Of a DNA stretch of 64,000 nucleotides, positions 27,562-42,600 are shown in pieces (position 1 is the stretch's first letter; each line of letters begins with the position of its first letter). The notes beneath the pieces were generated by a model. That model saw only the letters and a program-made list of their open reading frames with translations, ran no database searches and had not been told where the DNA came from. The stretch is from the human T2T-CHM13v2.0 reference genome, Homo sapiens, in NCBI RefSeq assembly GCF_009914755.1, contig NC_060947.1. The stretch is one strand, 5' to 3'. The position numbers and the translations under genes are program-made.

Positions 27562-28156
27562 CACAAGAGCAGTTCACTACTTAAAGGAAAACTTAGGCAA
27601 ATCTTTTAGTAAACTACAAAACTCCTTCCAAATTTCTAGTTCCACATATTGGACTTTTTAAAACTAGGGCATACCTGTATTTTCAAAGGATAAAACTACT
27701 AATTTTAATTTTGTGGGTAATTGCCCAGAAAAATGTGGAGTGGTTAATATGCTTTTCTTTTTCCTCAAAATATTATGTTCATGAAATTGATGTCACAAAG
27801 ACTCAACGGAATATGCCCACAGCACACATATTATAACAGATTAAACTTTAGGAAAACCAGCAATTGCAATTCCTCTTTAAGAATTAGCCACAGGCAAGTA
27901 TCTTCAAATTCAAATGTTTCCAGTTATCTTTTTATTCCCCTAAATACTCTGAATTTTCTTTCAAAGCAGGAAACCCAAAACTCCCTACCTCTAAAGGAGT
28001 GTTAAAAATACCTTATTCCTCAAGATGGCTAAACTCAAATCCCCAGCTGACAAATTAGAAAGCAGAAATTAGGAGGTAGAAATAGCAAACAAGCAGATAG
28101 CAAGTCTTCCATCTGGCCCTTGAAGCAACCACATATAAGATCTACATTGTCTCAGC

Positions 28157-28288
28157 TAGATTGACCACAGAAATTCGCATTTGAACTGAGGTATCTTTAT
28201 CCCGGTGAAAGGGGGCACTTATAATTGTCCCAAGACCATGGGCATAAACTGAATGGTCTTGGGTGAACAAAAATATATGATCACCCTA
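28157..28288 (-). mobile_element. Second MER94-like MITE
   Basis: gtgaaagggggcact...atatgatcacccta. Confidence 0.5.
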
Positions 28289-28331
28289 GCTTTAGACCAT
28301 TCATAGAAATATATTACGGCCAGAGGCCTGC

Positions 28332-28817
28332 TGTATTAGTTAGCTATTGCTCCACAACAAGGTGTCCCAAACCTTAGTGGCTTAAAACCACATCAGTCAC
28401 TTATTCCTCACTGATGGGCAGGTTGGCTGGGGTTCAGCTGATCTAGACTGGCCCCAGCAGTGTAGTGCTGCTACAGGTAGTAGTAGCTGGGGTGGCTCTG
28501 CTTCTCACTGTAGGTCTATGAGTCAACTGGAGCTGCTCTGCTACTCATGTCTTTCATCTTTCTTGGGCCAACAAATTAGCTGCTGCATGTTCTTCTCATG
28601 GCACTGACAGAGCTGAAGATGGCAAGCAGATATGTGTGAGGTCTCCTAAGATGTAAGCTGAAATTGGTGCACTGTCACTTTTTCCCACATTCCATTGGCC
28701 AAAGCAAGTCACATGGCCAAGTTAAAGGGCAGGAAAACAAACTGCCCACAATGAGGCCATGATAAAGATATGAATTTGGGAAAGGGTGAATAATTAGAGC
28801 TCTCATTCAATCTAACA
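28332..28817 (-). mobile_element. MLT1-like MaLR LTR
   Basis: tgtattagttagctattgct...cttagtggcttaaaac...cattccattggccaaagcaagtcacatggccaag...tcaatctaaca. Confidence 0.75.
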
Positions 28818-29989
28818 TGTGTACTGCACTCATTCCAACCCCATCACCACCACCCCCACACATATATGCACCTCAAAAATGGGGAAAAAGTCTATTTGCC
28901 TTCATATGATGTTATCTGGCATGATGCTGACTCAGTTCCTAACCTCCAGTCATGTAAGTTTCAGAATCCAGAGTCAACTTCCAATTTTCATAAGTACTTC
29001 AAAAAATGGAAATTTTTCCAGTTGAGTATAAAGCATAACTCCTCAAACAATTGGCACCAATAATTCCTCAACATCTCTAGAACTCTCAAATCTACTCAAA
29101 CATGCAACCCCTCCCCAGGTAGGGCTGGGAGGAGGGGCTAGTTTTAGTTTGGGGGTTAATTTCCCCCTGACTTGCCTATGCTGTTTCCCAGTGATCATTT
29201 TTTAACTTTCCCAGAGGGGTAAAATGGTATACATTAATAAAAATGTCAACAATATTATCTCTGGGAGGTAACCTGGAATAATTCACAATAAATTAACACT
29301 TCCCATCAGAGGGACATTGCAGCTTATAAGAATGTCACTTTGTGAGAAGTGGGAGTCCTGAAGCCATGTGATTTCCATCTACAGTTTTTAAGCCCATTCA
29401 GAGTCTACCAGGGGATAATTACTTGCTAAGATGTAACCATCCCAGCAGAATGTATTTATTATGATTCAGTTCTATCCACATCCTCAGTATCACAGCATGA
29501 AGGAAACTCTGGTCTGGTGAATAAAGCCCTAGAGGGATAAGAAATGCCAATCCTTAACACATGGCTGTATGACCTTGGGCTATTCACTTAACCTCTCTGA
29601 TTCCTCAGTTTCATAGTCTGTAGAGTGACACCTCTGCTTATCCTGAGGAGAATGTGTGGAGGAATCTCTAGATTTTTACCTGAAAGTCTCTAGAAGCCTA
29701 TTTGCCTAGAAAAGAAATTATTTCTATATTAGTTTCTCACCCTGCACTCTCAATATAACATAACTCTGTTAAGAACAGAATTAAAATATCAGGCAGATGC
29801 ATCTTGAACTAAATTTAGGGGGCTGAGCTACTAAAGTAACAGAAGGATCTCACCATTGAGGAGTCTACCTACAACAGACCAAAGACAAACCATTTTGGCA
29901 AGTCTTCAGGGGCCTGTAGACACTTGAAGAATAAAATTATTACCACCCACAATTCCCAGGGAGCAGGCCTTCAGGAAGACAGGGATGTC

Positions 29990-30471
29990 AGTGGTTATTG
30001 TGATTGTTTCCCAACCTCCATATCTCTCTCCCTCATTGTGTATCAATCATGTAATTTGGTGGTGGTGGGAAGACTGACCCTACACTAAACTGCACAGATG
30101 GGTCATAATCCTGGTCCCCTATGTCATGGCTACTGGTTCAGGTAATTCAGGCCTAAGCATGGCATTACCTGGCCACAAGATTGGATCATGAATAGTCACA
30201 TGATTCACTGCCAACTAATACAAGATGATGTGACATAGATATGAAGCCAAGAAATCCTACAGCCATTTTGCCATCTTCAGGGAAACAGAAAGGAGAGAGG
30301 AAAAGAAATTAGGTTTTTGATGAAATTGTTGAAATATTGAGTCTAATGAATTCTCAAGTCAGCCATACCTTTGGCCCTTCCAGTTATGTGAGCCAATGTG
30401 TCTCCCTTAGTGTTTATATCAGTTTTAGTGGATTTGTTCTTGTCTGCAGCATGAAGTATTCTAACTGATAT
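29990..30471 (+). mobile_element. MLT1-like MaLR LTR
   Basis: cagccattttgccatc...ttccagttatgtgagccaat...ttcttgtctgcagcatgaagtattctaactgata. Confidence 0.65.
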
Positions 30472-32889
30472 AGGACCATTCAAAGCATGGTCACTAACCC
30501 TGAGGGTGCTTAAAGGAGGTGGTGTGAAAGTGTTTAGTCCAGAGAGGAAGGTGTTGGAAGAGAGGTACAAAAAATACCAGGTCATTTCCAATTAATTGCT
30601 CCTCCAAATGGCTCCTGGGGATGTCTTCAGGGAAAACATGGAGTTCTAAATACCCTTATGTATAAAAAGCAAGCTAATCTGAAAATGATTTAGGATAAAC
30701 AATTGCTCCCATAGCCACTACTCACTTGGTGTAACTGTCTCCTTCTAGAAGTTTCGGTGGATCGATTTCTGGACATATTAAATCCAAATTAATAAGGTTT
30801 TTCCTCTGACTCATAGATACACTTCCAACAGAAGCAACTCCAACTAGGCCTGTGTCTGAAATTTTAGCTTCTCAGGGATGTAGATTTATTTAACAACATG
30901 GAGGCCAACACTTAGATAGAAGATTTCCACAGAGGTTTCTGGAGGGGTGATATAATGGAGAAAATGGAACTATAGAGAAGTAGGTCAGAGGACCTAAGCT
31001 TTCTTAGAAGTCATACCCAACCTGAATCTCCAGATATGGCTAAACTCTCTATTCTTCCCAAATAATCTGGAAGTGACAGTGCAAAAGATGGCCACAAAGA
31101 ATCAGTTGTATCTAGCTTAGTTCCTTTATTAGAGTCTAGGCTAAAGTTTGGACAGTTTTTCTAACCCCAAAATAATCTCACCTCATGGAATCATAGGATG
31201 ATCAAACATAAAAGCAAGACGGGTACTTAGAAACCACTTTGTTCTATCTTGTGTTTGTAAGGGTTTGGGATAAGGGAAGTACCTTGTTTCAGATAGTTAA
31301 ACACCATCCTCTGTGCTGCCATGGTACCTGGTGCTTACCATTTTCAGAGCACTTGCCATATTGCATTGTCATTGCCAGTGAATACATCTGCTCCTCCTTT
31401 GAACTTGACATTCATGAAAAGCAGAAACTGTTCCTTGCTTCCTTACATTCCTGGTGCTTAGCAAAGTCTGCCTATAGTAGGTGGTCAATAAATGTTGAAG
31501 AAATCAAAGTATCAAGTCAAATGGTTAGAAAATTATGCTCCCATTAGGCAAAGGATATAGTATCTTGGTTTCATTTTCTTCGAAGGGTATAGCAGTTTCC
31601 TTCCAATGAAATAGGATGATTTCTGTTGTTGTTTTCCTGATTTTTATGAAGTTGGCAAGTATGAGGCTCACTGTACGGTATAGATCACCTCTTAGAATTC
31701 CACTGGCCAACAGTTCTTTATGCTTATCCAAGTGCACCTCTCAAGCCTGAAACAAGCACAAAGCTCATGAAGAGAAGTACACTTTTTACTTTTTGATAAA
31801 AACTGCAATGGTTATTTTCTTGCTATTTAAACTATATCATAGAGCTCATTTAAAAGTACAGATCATAGGTACTAAGGCTAGCAGGTAATCCTAAATTCAG
31901 CAGGGATACTCTTAACCACAGAGGGAGAGCTAGGTTTGGGGCTTTGTTGGCAACTTCTGGTGGCTATGATGCTGCTAGTATAATCTCTAACCCCTCGTTG
32001 GAAAATCAAAGTTGAAGTTTATAAAGTGTCTCCCTGCTCTTTTGGGTGAGGAATCGATTGCTAAAGAATTTGCATGTATTATACAGGCTTTTCAACCAAC
32101 AGCAATATGCTTAGTCTACCACTGTGCCCCTGCTGGCTCAGATGAGAGTAGTCCAACTCTGCCAACAGCTGCCACTGACAGCTAAAAATTGAAAGAGTGG
32201 CAGCAGATAAAAGAGAGGGGAAAAAGGTATTGGGCAGGGGAGGATGACAATGGAAGGGATGGGTGGCATTTACATTCATGACTTCGAGGGTTTTCAAGTG
32301 CATAGGCACCAAAATACTTTTCTGCCTCTCATCTTTAGTTACTGAGCCACCCTCATCACTCTTCAAGCCAAATGACAGTGAAGATGGCCACAGATCTTTT
32401 CTTCCACCTCCTCTTACGGCTGGCCAAGCATGGCTGGGGACGTGGCTACTTTCAGGAGTGAAGTGAGACATGCTGAAAGTCACTTTCTCCTCGTACAAAA
32501 TATATTGTTCACTCACATGAAATCAAAACTAAAACCTCCTCATTAAAGTTGTTCCTTTGGGACAAGGCATTGAAGGCTCCTATTAAAATGCAACTGTGTT
32601 ATCTAAAAGGAGAAACACCTAGTGCCTGGCACAGAGTAAAGGTTCTTTAAATGTGACATTTTTAATATTAAATTGTCATTGCCTGCCATTAGAATCTTAG
32701 TAAAGATTGTCTCCCGGGCCTTTTGAGGAGCCACAATGGAAAGATTTTAATGTGGAACATTGGCATAGACTTGATAGCAGAGTCTGAAGTTATGTGGAAT
32801 ATGAGGAGAGAGGAGGATGACAGCATGAGGAAACTTGGGGGACAAGAGGGCACTTTTACTAGGTGAGAAAGAGGGAAGGGAGTTTGGAA

Positions 32890-33130
32890 ATTAACATTTA
32901 TTGATTTTTCTCTGAGGCAGGCACTGAATTAGATGCTTTCATATCAATTATCTTACTTAATTTTCACAACTGCCTTATAAAGAAAGATATTAATATTCCC
33001 ATTTTGAAGATGAGAGAACTGGGGTTCAGATTAACAAAGTTGTTCAAGGTCACACACTGCCTGTATGTGATGGGACTTAGACTCGAACCTGGACGTGTAT
33101 GCCTCCTAAGCCCATGTTCCCGAATAATGC
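32890..33130 (-). mobile_element. MIR SINE
   Basis: tcccattttgaagatgagagaactggggttcaga...gttcaaggtcacaca. Confidence 0.7.
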
Positions 33131-34794
33131 TATGTCCCTGTCTACATTTGGCAGGGGATGACCAACCTTACCTCTGCTACCCGCTTTGCCCTAATGCTTC
33201 TTCCACTGAAAAGATGAGTCTCCTCAGACTCTCATGTTTCTCCTTCACTCCTGTCCATGAAATATCAAAATGGAGACAAAAGATCTCTATGAGTCGTGGG
33301 TGGGAGGAAATTATGCATTATCAGAATGAATAGAAATTTGGGAAGAGCCTAGGACAATTTTTCTGGTTTGAAGCCATTTTGTTCCATTGTTCCAGGCTCC
33401 AGACTACGTCTCGCCAAATCCAAAGTTCTGTAGCAACTGATATACTAGCTGGGCTCCAGGGTCCTTCTATCCCCTGTATATTCCCAATTTTATCCCCGAT
33501 GTATATCAGTTCGCTTTACACTGGCAGGAGAGTTCATGTTCCACTTAGACCAGGAGGAGAGGATATGAAAAGGAAAATAGCAGGTGTGGGGAGGATAAAA
33601 CCCATGCCTTCTACAGTAACTGTAAAGTAAAAGTGAAAAACGTGAGAGATAAAGAGGATTCTTTTTCCTCATTGCGGGAGAAAGGGGCTAGGGAGAGGAG
33701 TCTATAGCCCAGGAGGTTCATCCGCAGCATGCTATGGAGAAGGCCACCGTCACTGAAATCCGGTCTGTACTGTAGGACTTCATAGGTTCTTTGCTCGCCT
33801 TAGAGCAGAGGGGAAGAAGAGTCAGAAAGAATTGATAACCTCTGAGGTCATCAGTCAGGGGCCTAGGCTGCTAAGTCCAGAGGCAACACCAAGGGATCAA
33901 TGCAGCTAGGTACAGTTTTCTCCAGCCTCAACTTTCAATCCCCACCCCCAGACCAGCTCATTCCCACACCTCCCTCCTCCTTGGTCAGTGAGCCTGAGCG
34001 TCCTTTTCATTAACCTTTTAGTTACTACCTCTACGCACATACTTTTTCCTATGCCCTCCAAAGAAGTCAGCCCCATACTGCCCATCACTGCTCAGCACCG
34101 CCCACCCCATGCCCCCGCAAGCCGGCCTCAGCACTAGTTTAAGGGGAGGGACACGCCTCCCAAAGCTGCGGGGATGGGGGTGGGGGTTGCTCACTCGCCC
34201 TCGGATCTCTGCTGTAAAAGCGGAGCGGCAGAGACCGGGCATGCGCAGCATCTTCGGGCGCATTGTGATGGGAACTGCTTCTCTGAGTCTCTACAAAGAC
34301 TCCGGAGTAACCACTAATGGCCCTCCTAAGGCCCCCCTTCTTTAAGACAGACACACAAACACAGAGGCAATGCAGCTATTTTTTTTTAAAGGGTGGGAGG
34401 ACGTTGCAGCTTGAAAGGTTGATCCACGTTAGGAGTGGTGTATTTCTATTGATCCCATCTCCGGTGTTGACAAACGCCAGCGCCTAGGCTTTGCAGTCCG
34501 GGGCTGCAGTTTGCAGTAGAGCTAAGCGGTGTGCGGCTTTAATTCCACGTCAGATCAACTTTGATCAATATCCCCCTACTGGCCCAATTGGAAGAGCCCA
34601 ATTCACCGGCACTGAGCCTTTTCGCTCTTTCCTTTTTTTCCCCCCCTCTTTAGACCTACCATCTTTTGCGGGGGGGGGGGGGGGCGCGGAGAGAGTCTCA
34701 GATTGTCTTGATAATTTATTCTTTCGTTCTCTTTCTTTTGCTTCTCTATTTTTGTTTTTCAGTGTTTTGCTTGTTTTGTTCTGTTTTAGGATTT

Positions 34795-34798
<4 letters not shown>

Positions 34799-34842
<44 letters not shown>
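34799..34842. repeat. (CT)22 microsatellite in the promoter
   Basis: Counted directly. Confidence 0.97.
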
Positions 34843-34846
<4 letters not shown>

Positions 34847-34919
34847 TAGGGACAGAAATCGCTTTGGCAAACCCAGCTTGCAGCCAATGAACCCGCCTTC
34901 CAGATTGGTGTGAAGACAG

Positions 34920-35581
<662 letters not shown>

Positions 35582-36538
35582 TAGTGGGGGTGAACTGCTA
35601 GGTTTTCCGAGCCGAGAGGAGCACCGGAGGCGAGCAGGAGGCTGGGATGCTGCAAGGGGGTGAAGAGTCGAGGCTTTTCGGCTCGCTGCTCTGGACTTTG
35701 CCATGGCGTGCGTGCAGCTCCTGGAAGTTGTCCCAGGGTGATGCCGACTGTCTGGCCGCGCCAGGGCGCATAACCCGGGCCCGGGGTGCTCAGTCCGTGG
35801 TCTCCGGCTGTCGGGAGACAGGCTGGTGCTGGGGGAGGTGGAGCCCACTTTGGATCTCCCAGACCCGGGCAGCAGCAGGCGTTGGTGGTGGATGGGGTAG
35901 GAGGCGGGGGTGAGACTAGGAGCTGAGCGGGCAAGCGGCGAAGTCACGCAGACCACGAATTCATGAATTGCCGCTGTGTCTGTCTGGAGCCCGGCTCCTG
36001 GGCGCCTGGAGGGAGTTATCTTGGCTTCTGTCGTATTTACAAGTCTAGAAGTTAGAATTTTTGCCATTACTGAACCAACCCCCTGTATTGTCACGGGGGA
36101 GGGTGGCTATGGGGAACGGGTTGGGGTAGCAGGGGGAACAATATTGTTTTTCTTCCCAACCTTTCCCTTCACACAATGAAAAGATGACCAGCTGTGCGGA
36201 TGGGCGGGGGGCGGAGGGGGGGGGCGACTAAAAAAAAAGAAGGCTGCCGACTAAGAAAGAACCAAGTCTCACTCTTGGTTCCATCGTCCTAACCCAAAAC
36301 GGCTCCCTCGTCTCTTCTCCCTTCTCTCTAGCCTCTTCTTTTCAGTCTAGAAAAGCCAGGTTTCTCTTGGCCAAAATCTGAGTTCACAAGTCTTGAAAGA
36401 CACACAGGTTGAATATCAATCCTCAATCCCACACCCCAGTATCATTGAGAGGTATCCGGTATCTATATTGTTCCCCAATTCCTAACTGGCCCTAGTGTGG
36501 GGGAACACAAGCCAAATCTCCGTTCCCTTTGCTTATAG

Positions 36539-36697
36539 GTGGACTTTTCATGAGAAACACAGTGCAGGAGCACAGCGCTTTCCGCTTTGCCGTGCAGTTA
36601 TACAACACCAACCAGAACACCACCGAGAAGCCCTTCCATTTGAATTACCACGTAGATCACTTGGATTCCTCCAATAGTTTTTCCGTGACAAATGCTT
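36539..36697 (+). CDS. GRIA3: GluA3 coding exon 2 (N-terminal domain)
   Basis: Acceptor ttccctttgcttatag|GT. Encodes (G)[52 protein letters not shown]. 159 nt, donor T|gtaagt at 36698. Confidence 0.98.
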
Positions 36698-39600
36698 GTA
36701 AGTAGATCTGCTTTTCCTCCCTTTGGGACGTTGGGGACCTCATTTGCATCTTTCTTGTGGCACTTAGGGTCTGTGTATGTGCTGGGAGATGATTGCTTCA
36801 GTAGATATTTTAGGGGCTCTAATCCATCCGGTTTCATGTTGCATAAATCAACTCCAAATGATACTGCTGAGGGGCTTAAGACAGTGGGAAAAACTCAAGA
36901 CAGTGGGCAAAAGTCTGCTCCAAATAGTGTTTGATGCAAAAGTTTCATTTTCCTCCATGCTAACCTAGTGTGTTCCTTCTCCAACACTCTCTCTCTTTTT
37001 TTTTTAACTGGGGAAAAAAAAAGAAAGAAAGAAAAAAATAGCACGGTTGTTCAGAGAAATTTCTTCAGATGAGATTTAAAAAAGCAGCAGCAGCTTCTTG
37101 ATTGAGTCAATTCAGGATGTACATCACTTGACTGTTAAAGCTAGTGCCTGGCTCTAGGAACGAGCTGAATTTGACAATTGCCTAATGTGTAGGAAGCAAA
37201 TATGAGAAATTCTGCAAACAAGTGACCTTGAGGGGCAGAACAGGCTGGGTTCCCTGGCCTCTTTCTGTCCTCAAATATTACCTTACTTACTGAGAGAGCT
37301 CTGATAGGAACTCATAAGACTACAAACTGATTGCAAGTGATGAATGCCTAGCAAACTGAGGGGAGGGGAGAAAATGGTGATCAGGTGATGATTTAGAAAG
37401 CTAGTTCTGCCTCCCCTAGTGTTGTTCACCCCCATGATCATTAAAGACAACACAGTTCTTAATTTAGAGCAAAGAGGGGGCAGGAGGAGAGGAGGCTTGG
37501 AGCAGGAAAACTGAATATGGAAAGAGAAGAAATTCATCAGGCCCAAAGCCGGTTCTGAAATCCTTAGTTGTACCGGGTGATTATTCCTCTGAAAAGGGGA
37601 CATTTTGTAAAATACAACCAAAGGAACCTAAATGGCTAATAGCCTGTTGGACATATGGTTTTACTTGAATGGAATGTTTCGTGAGAAAGACTGAGAATAC
37701 TTCATGTAAGCTTATTTCACTAAAAGTTTTCACAACAATGAGGCTGAATATGGTATAAAATATGCTTTGCTTTTATGGCTGATGTAGTTTGGAATTTGGG
37801 GTTTTTCTTCCTTTCTCTTCCAAGGGAGAAATGATATTTATGTTTGGATGGGTGAAACTTTGTATATGACTTTCTTTAAATCCTTCTGCCTCAAAGGATG
37901 CATGGTTTCCAGAAACCACTGAAAGGGTCTCTCCAAGGGCACAGGTTTCTTGGCTTTGAAGACTTGGGCCAAGGGGATGGGGGTAACATACTCTGCAAGA
38001 AATATGACAGTTGTCAGCTTTAAGAAAATTTTAGCTGAAGATACAGATCCTTATATGAACGTGTTCTGAGATACTCCATATTTGACTTTCTTTGGCTTTC
38101 TGACATTGACAAAAATAGGAATTTATTAATTCCAGCTAGTGTGAAAGTTACGAAATGTCTGTCTATACTTTGCATCTTATTTTGGTAATCCCAGCCTGTC
38201 TCCACAGCATTTACAACACGCATCTGACTCTTAATCCTGCAGCACTGTGATCTTGTCAAGAGGCTGAATCTCAAATGCAGCTTCCTAAATATCAATTAGA
38301 ACAGATTTAAAACTAAATACATTAAACTACCAGGGTTTATTACCATTAGTAACAAATAATATTTATTTCAACTCCCTTCAGTGTCTTTTCACTGATGAGA
38401 ACTGGGATAAGAGAACCATTTGGTTTCTCAGAAATGATTGATTTCCAAGGTTTTTGGTCCTGTTCTTATGGTCAAACCAGATTGACACCCACCAGCCCTG
38501 GACTGTCAGAACCCCACTCAAGAAGCAATCAGAAATGATTCTTGCCATGTGAAAATCTCAGGTTTAGGAAAAGGCAATAAGTCATCCATATTGGTATTGA
38601 GTTGCCTTATTGCCTTACCTCTCAGGGCAATAAGAGAACAACCAGGGGAAAGGAAAAGAAATTGATCAAAATCCCTCACCGTAAATTCATAGCATTTCCA
38701 CTTACAAGGCTGGGTTGTGGCTAGGGGCTTGAGAGTTCGGGAGAAGGAGTGTGGCTCACTGGGCAACAAGAAAAAGAAAATGAAAACGTGACCTTGCCCT
38801 TAGTTATGTCAAATACACATGTATGCATGCACAGACATACGCAGGAAAAATAGCTAGAAACCAGTGTTGTGTATCCAGCTGCCTGTTGCTTTCTCTGAAG
38901 ACAGAGGAGGAAAGCTGTCATCTTCTCTGGTCCCTGAAACAGTCATCTCTGAATGTCACAATCATTGAATGGGGGCCAGATCTCAAAGCTGTCTCTAGGC
39001 AGCTGCTGCTTGGTAGCTTAGTATGAGAAAGATGACTCGTCTAACCATAGTCTTGGAATGCAGAAACCAAGTATTTCAAGGGACCAAAGAAGCCCTGGAG
39101 GTGTTTCTCATTTCTACCCCTGGCTTTAATTGTTCTTTTTCTTGTGGAAGCGGAGATCAAATATTTCCAACTGGGTTGAAATTCTAGTTCAGTGCTGGAG
39201 CCTGACAGGTGACCCCCAGGTTCCACTCCTCCAAATGATTGCCCTGATTGTGCAAAGAGAAACCTCTGTATCCTCCGGCCTGTCCTTCTCTGGAGACCTA
39301 GGGAGAATTCCAGAAAACAACAGATGAGTCTCAATCTGGCCAACCACCTCTCCTATCTGGTTCAATATGGAATGGGCTGGCAAAAATTAAAGAAACTTTC
39401 CCTTATTCCTATGCAAAATTCCTAGTTTCAACTTCCCTTAGCACTAGAATTGATCTCTTCTCATGATCTTTCCTGCACCCTCAATCCTGAGGCAGGCACA
39501 CACTTTCTAGGGTGTAGGTGTGCAGGTAAACGAATACACAAAGAATAAACAAAGGGTAATTCTTTCATATATGTGTCCCTGTTCTCTGTTCTCCCTCCAC

Positions 39601-42600
39601 ATCACCCACCCCTACAACCTCTGACAATGTGTTTGAAAGGTTTCCTTGCGATGAATCCCAGGCATCAGTTATTTAAAGACTCTTCTTCATCAGAAACCAA
39701 TTTTTTTGCACAACCCCCAAGAGGTTTGCTTAAGACAGACTCCAACTTTATTCCATGTCCTACGAGGCCAATAAGAGCCACACTGGCTTTGAAAGGTGTT
39801 TAATTTGGGATCTCAACTCAGAGATGGATTGAAGTTTATCTAAGAGACTTACCTGATTTGAAGCACATGTTCCCATTTCATGAGGATTAATAGAGTTTGC
39901 TGCCTTACTTTTCAACTTAGCTAGATAACCCCAGAACCAAGAGTGGTGTGAATTCTTTGGCTTCAGGATATATACATTCATAGACACACAATCAATATAT
40001 ATGAAGAGAGATGTATACACATGTAAGTTACATGTGTGTTTTTTAAAAAACAGATTCAATAGTCCTAAGGCTTTCAGGGCAGGGGTGTGGAAACACCAAG
40101 GGACTGATGTGTCCCATCGTGTGGCTTTGCTGTCCTGGTTCCTCAGGAAACATCGCCGATTCCCTTGAAGTCCCCTCCTGTGTCTTTCTGCTGTGCACTT
40201 GTAGTGCACTCCACACTACACCGCCCCAGCCTCTGCAGTGTCAGCTCATTAGCACACAGATCTCATATTCCCTCTCCGCACTGTCATTGCAAAAATTGCT
40301 GTTGTACACCTTTACAGCCAACAAATGTGCTTGTGGATTACGCACTGTTTGCAAGAAGCAGGGAAAAGGCAAATGTAACCTTAAAGGTTATTCACCACGG
40401 AATTGTACTCTAAACGCATTGGCTTAAATAAAAATCTGTTGATGGAGGCACAATGGTGATGGTGGGATTGAGAATAGGACTTAGGAGTGCAGGCTTTAAT
40501 GGAGCCCCAGGTAAAATCCCTTTTGCTGGCTAAACGTAACCCATCAGATGCAAAATTTTATTCCATTAATTTTTTTCAAGCCATTTGAAATATAACTGCT
40601 GAGAACACACTCCCTTTACAACTAAGCGCATTTCACTACCAAATATACTTAGCTGAGACAGGTTTCTGTCTCTTGCCTACAGAGTCACAATCTAATTATC
40701 TAATTATTATAATTGCCAAAATCAATTTAACTATTTATGTCCATTTGGGAAGGAAATGTCTCCTTTGATCCCATTCTTTGCAATTTGGTGGGTTTTGTTT
40801 TGTCTTGGTTTGGCTTTGGTGTCTGTCCTTTCCATGTAAGATTTGGAAACCAGGTGAAGACTCCTGGGATCAAGATCAAGCCTCCTTCCCTTAACAGATT
40901 TTGCCATACTACCCAACATTGACTGCTCTGGTTCCACTCCCTCCCTCACTCCCCCTCTTCCCTGCCTTTGTGCCTTTGCTGCTCTCCCTCTCTCCTCTGT
41001 CTGCTGGCCAGCCTTCAGTAAGCACGCCGGCTTAGCTCACTTCTCGGCCCCTCTGGCTTAGTCCCCTGAAGCATGAAGAGGTTGCCTTAGTGGTGCCAGT
41101 CAAAAAATTAAGTCACGTTTTCACAAGGTTTATTACGGTTTTTAAAATTTATTTTTCATAGGGCGGGGGAGGGAAGAAGCTGATGCTGTTCATTTGGGCC
41201 ATAAAAATAGATGGCAATCAGCAGGCTGTAAAGGTGAGCTTCCTGCAAAGTGTATTACCTCCCCTAGAAGGCAGCTTCCTATTGATCTACTAAATCAGGG
41301 GGGACAGCAGCAAGAAGGGTTTGAAGGAAAGGAATAAAGGGAATTATTTTGTTCTCCATCTACATTTACTGCAAAATGGGCCATGGTTTTTCTCCCTCTC
41401 TGCAATTTTAACTTTTTTTCCCTAAAATGAAACTAGTTTTCCACATTTTCCTACTTCTGCCCCTACAGAGGTAATTTCCTTAATTCTGCATTTCCCTCCC
41501 TAGTCCCTAAGACTGAGTGATAATAGTGGAGGATCGATGAGCTTTTTGTTATGTTTTTGGCTCCTGATGTATTTTTAAATTTCATTGTTATGGGTAGTCA
41601 GAGGTGATTGGCTGGTTTCATTTTAACAGATTGAAAAATAAATGAAGCTCCTGAGGCATCGTTATTTGTCTTCCTTTTTACAGTTAAAGAGATTTGTCAT
41701 TTTTATACAGTTGGTTTAAGGATTAAATGATGGCATAGATTTTAAGACAGGGCCAGAATTTTAGACGATAGAATTCCATAACTTTGGGGGAGACTAATAA
41801 ACATGCTTATCCAGATGATTTCCCTGTCAACTTCTTAGATTGAGACTGCAAAATAAATTTGAAGGACCTTTCATAAAACCATCTATCTTCAATGAAGGTC
41901 AAGCAAATAATCTGTATACTTTACCTGCTCCATTAAAAAATCAAGTTTTGACTTTATTCCTTTGGCTTTGTTACTTTGGGTCTTATTAGATAAAATATCC
42001 ACAGGAGGGTGCAATTAAAACCCCAGGTGGGGGTGATAGGTATTCTTCAGCAGCACTGTGGGAGTTGTGCAGACACAAAAGGAATTCCCTCCATCTTGGG
42101 AGCTGCTCAGAAACTGTCTGGGCTCCAGATACAGAGCTATAGATAGCCTCAGCCCGTGTGTGGGATGAGCCTTGAGCTAAGGCAGCAGCCCCCAAAAAGG
42201 GTCAGTCCTTGACAAAGGTTAACATGGATAGAAATTGTCTTCCTCATATTTCTACCTCTTCTATTGCCATTATTTTCTTCTCTTGCTCTATCCGTCCAGC
42301 TCGTCTAACTCCCTTTTGCTGGTCTCTGCCTACTCACTGACCAGCCCCTGATTCTAGCATCCCATCCACACTAAACTTACCTAGGGACTATTTTCTACCC
42401 CGGACTTTTCCAGACCTAATTCCCAGAACTTCTCCTTCTCCACCAGAATACCTTTACTCTTGGTCCATGCTCCAAGGATGTAGAGTGCAGTACGGCCTGC
42501 ACTCTACTTTGGGGGTGACAGCTTTATATCTAATATAGGTATATATTTCATATATATGAAAATGTCAGATAAATGGTAAAGGGTTAATATATGTAACGGG

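Noticed and set aside
34091-34111. REST/NRSE site (ctcagcacc), by analogy with GRIA2
   Set aside because: Only the left half matches; the GGACAG right half is missing.
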